DNA of 64,000 nucleotides, taken from Asterias rubens (lineage: Eukaryota). The translations under genes and the position numbers were made by a program. The stretch spans positions 1,736,001-1,800,000 of the forward strand of contig NC_047083.1 in NCBI RefSeq assembly GCF_902459465.1. Reading direction: 5' to 3'. This document shows, piece after piece, positions 60,892-64,000 of the stretch; the first letter of the stretch is position 1, and every line of letters starts with the position of its first letter. The notes beneath the pieces were generated by a model. That model made no database searches and had not been told where the DNA came from. It saw only the letters and a list, made by a program, of their open reading frames with translations.

Positions 60892-63800
60892 ATGCCTACC
60901 TACAAATCAACCGCAATATTCTACCTGGCTCTCCTCGTGGTGTTTATGACGAGCTTTCCCTACCGGGCATCGGCGCTTCCTCTCCCCCGGGCCCATCCCT
61001 TCAAGTGCCCCATGAGATGCCGATGCTTCGTGGTATCTCAGAGCCAGTCTTCTGCGTCCAGGCTCCTTCAAGAGAACATGGCGATGTATAGCTGGCGAGA
61101 TGGTGACATGGCCGTGGGTTGCTGGGGGAGAAGAGATATCCCAACTGAAATTCTGCCAAGTAAAAATAATATTTTACATGCAAATTGATGTGTTTTGATT
61201 ACGTAATAACTATAAAATTAACTTAACCACAAGTCGAGAGATCTTGCTATCAATGCTCTGACCCCCCCCCCACCCCATCACCGGACACGACACACCATAA
61301 TAACAAAACCACCAAGTTGATGTCACTTCAATGCCACAATTGCAAGAACTTTATTTCAGAGACCCCAAATATATGACGTCACACTCTTTAACACACTCTA
61401 CACACGTCTGGGTCAGAATTGACCCGGAGTCCGTGTCCAAATGTACCCTGACCCATTACAGGGTCAGGTTGATCCAGAAACTGGTAAAAAAAAACAAAAA
61501 AAACTCACACATTTTTATGAACGCCTTTGAGTTTCGACGACAAACACTTGTCATGGCCATGGATATTTGAATTGTGCCTTTGATATAGAACTTGGCACAC
61601 ATTCGGGATAATTTGTCATGATTTTGACAATGTTTTGAAAATTGTTTTTATGCCTATATTTTAACCCAACTGCGATGGCCGTATCAAGACATACTCTGAC
61701 TGTGTGCCAACTTCCTTGTTGTATCAAAGTCGCAATCCCCGCACAGCCCCTCGATCGTTGAAATGTGTCAAAAATGTTGCTTTCCGCTCGCGCTGGAATT
61801 GAAACTAACAATGAAACCTTTCGGCTGTTCAATCAGTGGAGAAGATGGAACCTTTCCAAGTTGATAACAAATTTAAATTTTTGAACTAGAATTTGTTTTA
61901 AAGGCAGTGGACACTATTGGTAATTACTCAAAATAATTATTGGCATAAAACCTTTCTTGGTGACGAGTAATGGGGAGAGGTTGATGGTATAAAACATTGT
62001 GAGAAACGGCTCCCTCTGAAGTGCCATAGTTTTCGAGAAAGAAGTAATTTTCCACGAATTTGATTTCGAGACCTCAGATTTAGAACTTGAGGTCTCGAAA
62101 TCAACCAACTAAACGCACAAAACTTCGTTAAACTAGGGTGTTTTTTCCTTTCATTATTATCTCGCAAGTTTGATGACCGATCGAGCTCAAATTTTCACAG
62201 GTTTGTTATTTTATGCATATGTTGAGATACACCAACTGTGAATGCTAGTCTTTGACATTTACCAATAGTGTACACTGCCTTTAACTATACCAAGAAATGT
62301 TGGAAAGAATGTGCAACTCGGCTGCCTGTCCGACCTTGTAGGTTGACATTTGACCCCGTGTGAGTCAAAGGTCATGAACGGGAATGTACCTGACGAGACA
62401 ACCGGACATCTTACATGTGTTCTTTCAATAAAATACTCGAACTATCTTTGGGGTAACGCACGCATGGAGAAGATAAAAACAAGTTTTAGGGGAAATACTG
62501 AGAAAACATAAAAATTAACGAATATTCAAAGAATTGTCTGAATTTGAAGCATGTACAACCAAAGTGACATCACATGTTTACAACTTGAACCACAGAACCT
62601 TGGCCCAATTTCATAAAGCTGCACAGCAGGAAATATTGCCGAACAAATTTCTACTCAGACGAAATGAGTCTAGGATAAAAAGTCATAAAAAGTACATGTG
62701 ACATTCTGTTTGGCATGTTAACCTAATTCTGGTAAAACATGCTAAGCTATTTTCTGCTAAAGTAGCATCCATTAAAATTGGACATTGGTCTTATGGTACA
62801 CACATCAGCTAAATGGAAGACCATTTAATGGAAATAACAGCACATCATTGTTATCAATTTATGAAAAATAATAATAATACCAAGCATTTATAAGGCACTA
62901 TACAAAAATACCAGAGCGCCTAACAAAGGGGCGGAGTGGGGGGGGGGGGTGGAATGGACAAAAACGTAAACAAGAAAAAGAAACAATCAAACGACTAGCC
63001 AAGAAAACGCATTAAAAAGAGGAGAAAGTTTAGGTAGGTTGTGAAAGTGAATAAAGTGGCCACATCAAACTTCAAGTTGTTCAGCTGTTAATTTTTCACA
63101 AATATTATTTGTATAGTAATACAATAATGTATGGTCACTCACTTCATCCAGGGTGACGTGTAAAGTTTGTTTTCAACTCTCGATAAGATAAAGTTGCTCT
63201 TTTATTCCAGATGCCGACTTTCTTTTCCTACTCGGTGAAAGCCCACCAAATGGTGATGACGATTTTGACGTCACAGACCCGTCAGGGGAGTCGGACACGA
63301 GCCATGATGACGTAGACATGAGGATCAAAAACATTCCCGACAGAGCATTCAAAAATGCGTCCGGGTTAAGACAATTGGATATTCGCGGCAACAAGATCAC
63401 CGGGCTCCAGCCCGGAAGCTTCGTGGGATTGCAATTTCTTGAGATTCTGTCACTGAAGGACAACCGTTTGAGGGCGCTAGATAGTGACGCATGGTGGGAA
63501 CTTCAAAGCATCAGAAGTCTCATCCTGTCTGGAAACAATCTCCGGAGCCTTCCGGAGCAAGGATTCAGGAACAGTTCCGGATTACTCGAGCTGGACCTCG
63601 GTGGTAACCTGCTCGAGGATCTCTCACCAAGGTCTTTGAGTTGGCTCCCTCAGCTGCGATTCCTGAATCTTTCACATAACCGCCTGGTTCAGGTTCCGGG
63701 AGGCCTGTTTTCGGATCTTGTTGAGCTCCAGGAACTTTATCTGGATGGCAACAGACTTGAAGACCTACCAGTTGGACTCTTTGATCAGAATTCCTTACTG

Positions 63801-64000
63801 GAAGTTGTGTCTCTTCGGAATAATAGACTCCATCGCATTCCGGAGCTCCTTTTCTACCATCAGGTCAACCTGAGGGAACTGGATCTATACGGTAACCACC
63901 TGATCGAACTGGGTAACTCAGCCTTCGCGACGGTACCTGCCCTCCGCTATTTAGACATATCACACAATATCATCGAGGAATTGAATAATGGAACCTTCCA
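60892..64000 (+). CDS. Secreted or membrane leucine-rich-repeat protein (signal peptide, LRRNT, >=9 typical 24-aa LRRs); truncated by the window end
   Basis: Exon 60892-61159 (MPTYKSTAIFYLALLVVFMTSF.. CPMRCRC .. VGCWGRRDIPTEILP, donor A|gtaaaa) joins in phase to an exon starting 63211 (ttccag|). That frame is open to 64000 with repeats such as LRQLDIRGNKI, LRFLNLSHNRL, LQELYLDGNRL. Missing from the ORF track because it has no stop in the window. Confidence 0.9.

Overview
Intron-rich, AT-rich animal genomic DNA, most likely an echinoderm such as a sea star (taxon is inference from protein similarity and repeat content). Four complete multi-exon genes were rebuilt by hand with phase-consistent splice sites. 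XRCC6/Ku70 (minus, 14 coding exons, 600 aa) lies head-to-head with M1AP (plus, 12 exons, 537 aa). DDB1 (minus, 24 exons, 1141 aa) converges on M1AP and carries one U12-type AT-AC intron. A divergent calmodulin-like gene (minus, 6 exons, 160 aa) follows. Two genes are cut by the window edges: an unidentified minus-strand gene at left and a signal-peptide LRR gene at right. Introns and intergenic DNA are packed with TTAA-flanked Kolobok-like MITEs, tRNA-derived SINEs, LINE 3' fragments, and a P-like and a Harbinger-like element with intact TIRs/TSDs. Main highlights: minimal type I hammerhead ribozyme motifs (a cluster at 52.3-52.6 kb and a U3-A8 variant at 42.2 kb), a seven-copy tandem array of tRNA-Leu-like SINE heads, the minor-spliceosome intron, and a possible unannotated spliced transcript divergent from DDB1. 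Most short ORFs in the supplied track are repeat artefacts. No prokaryotic system or CRISPR array is present.
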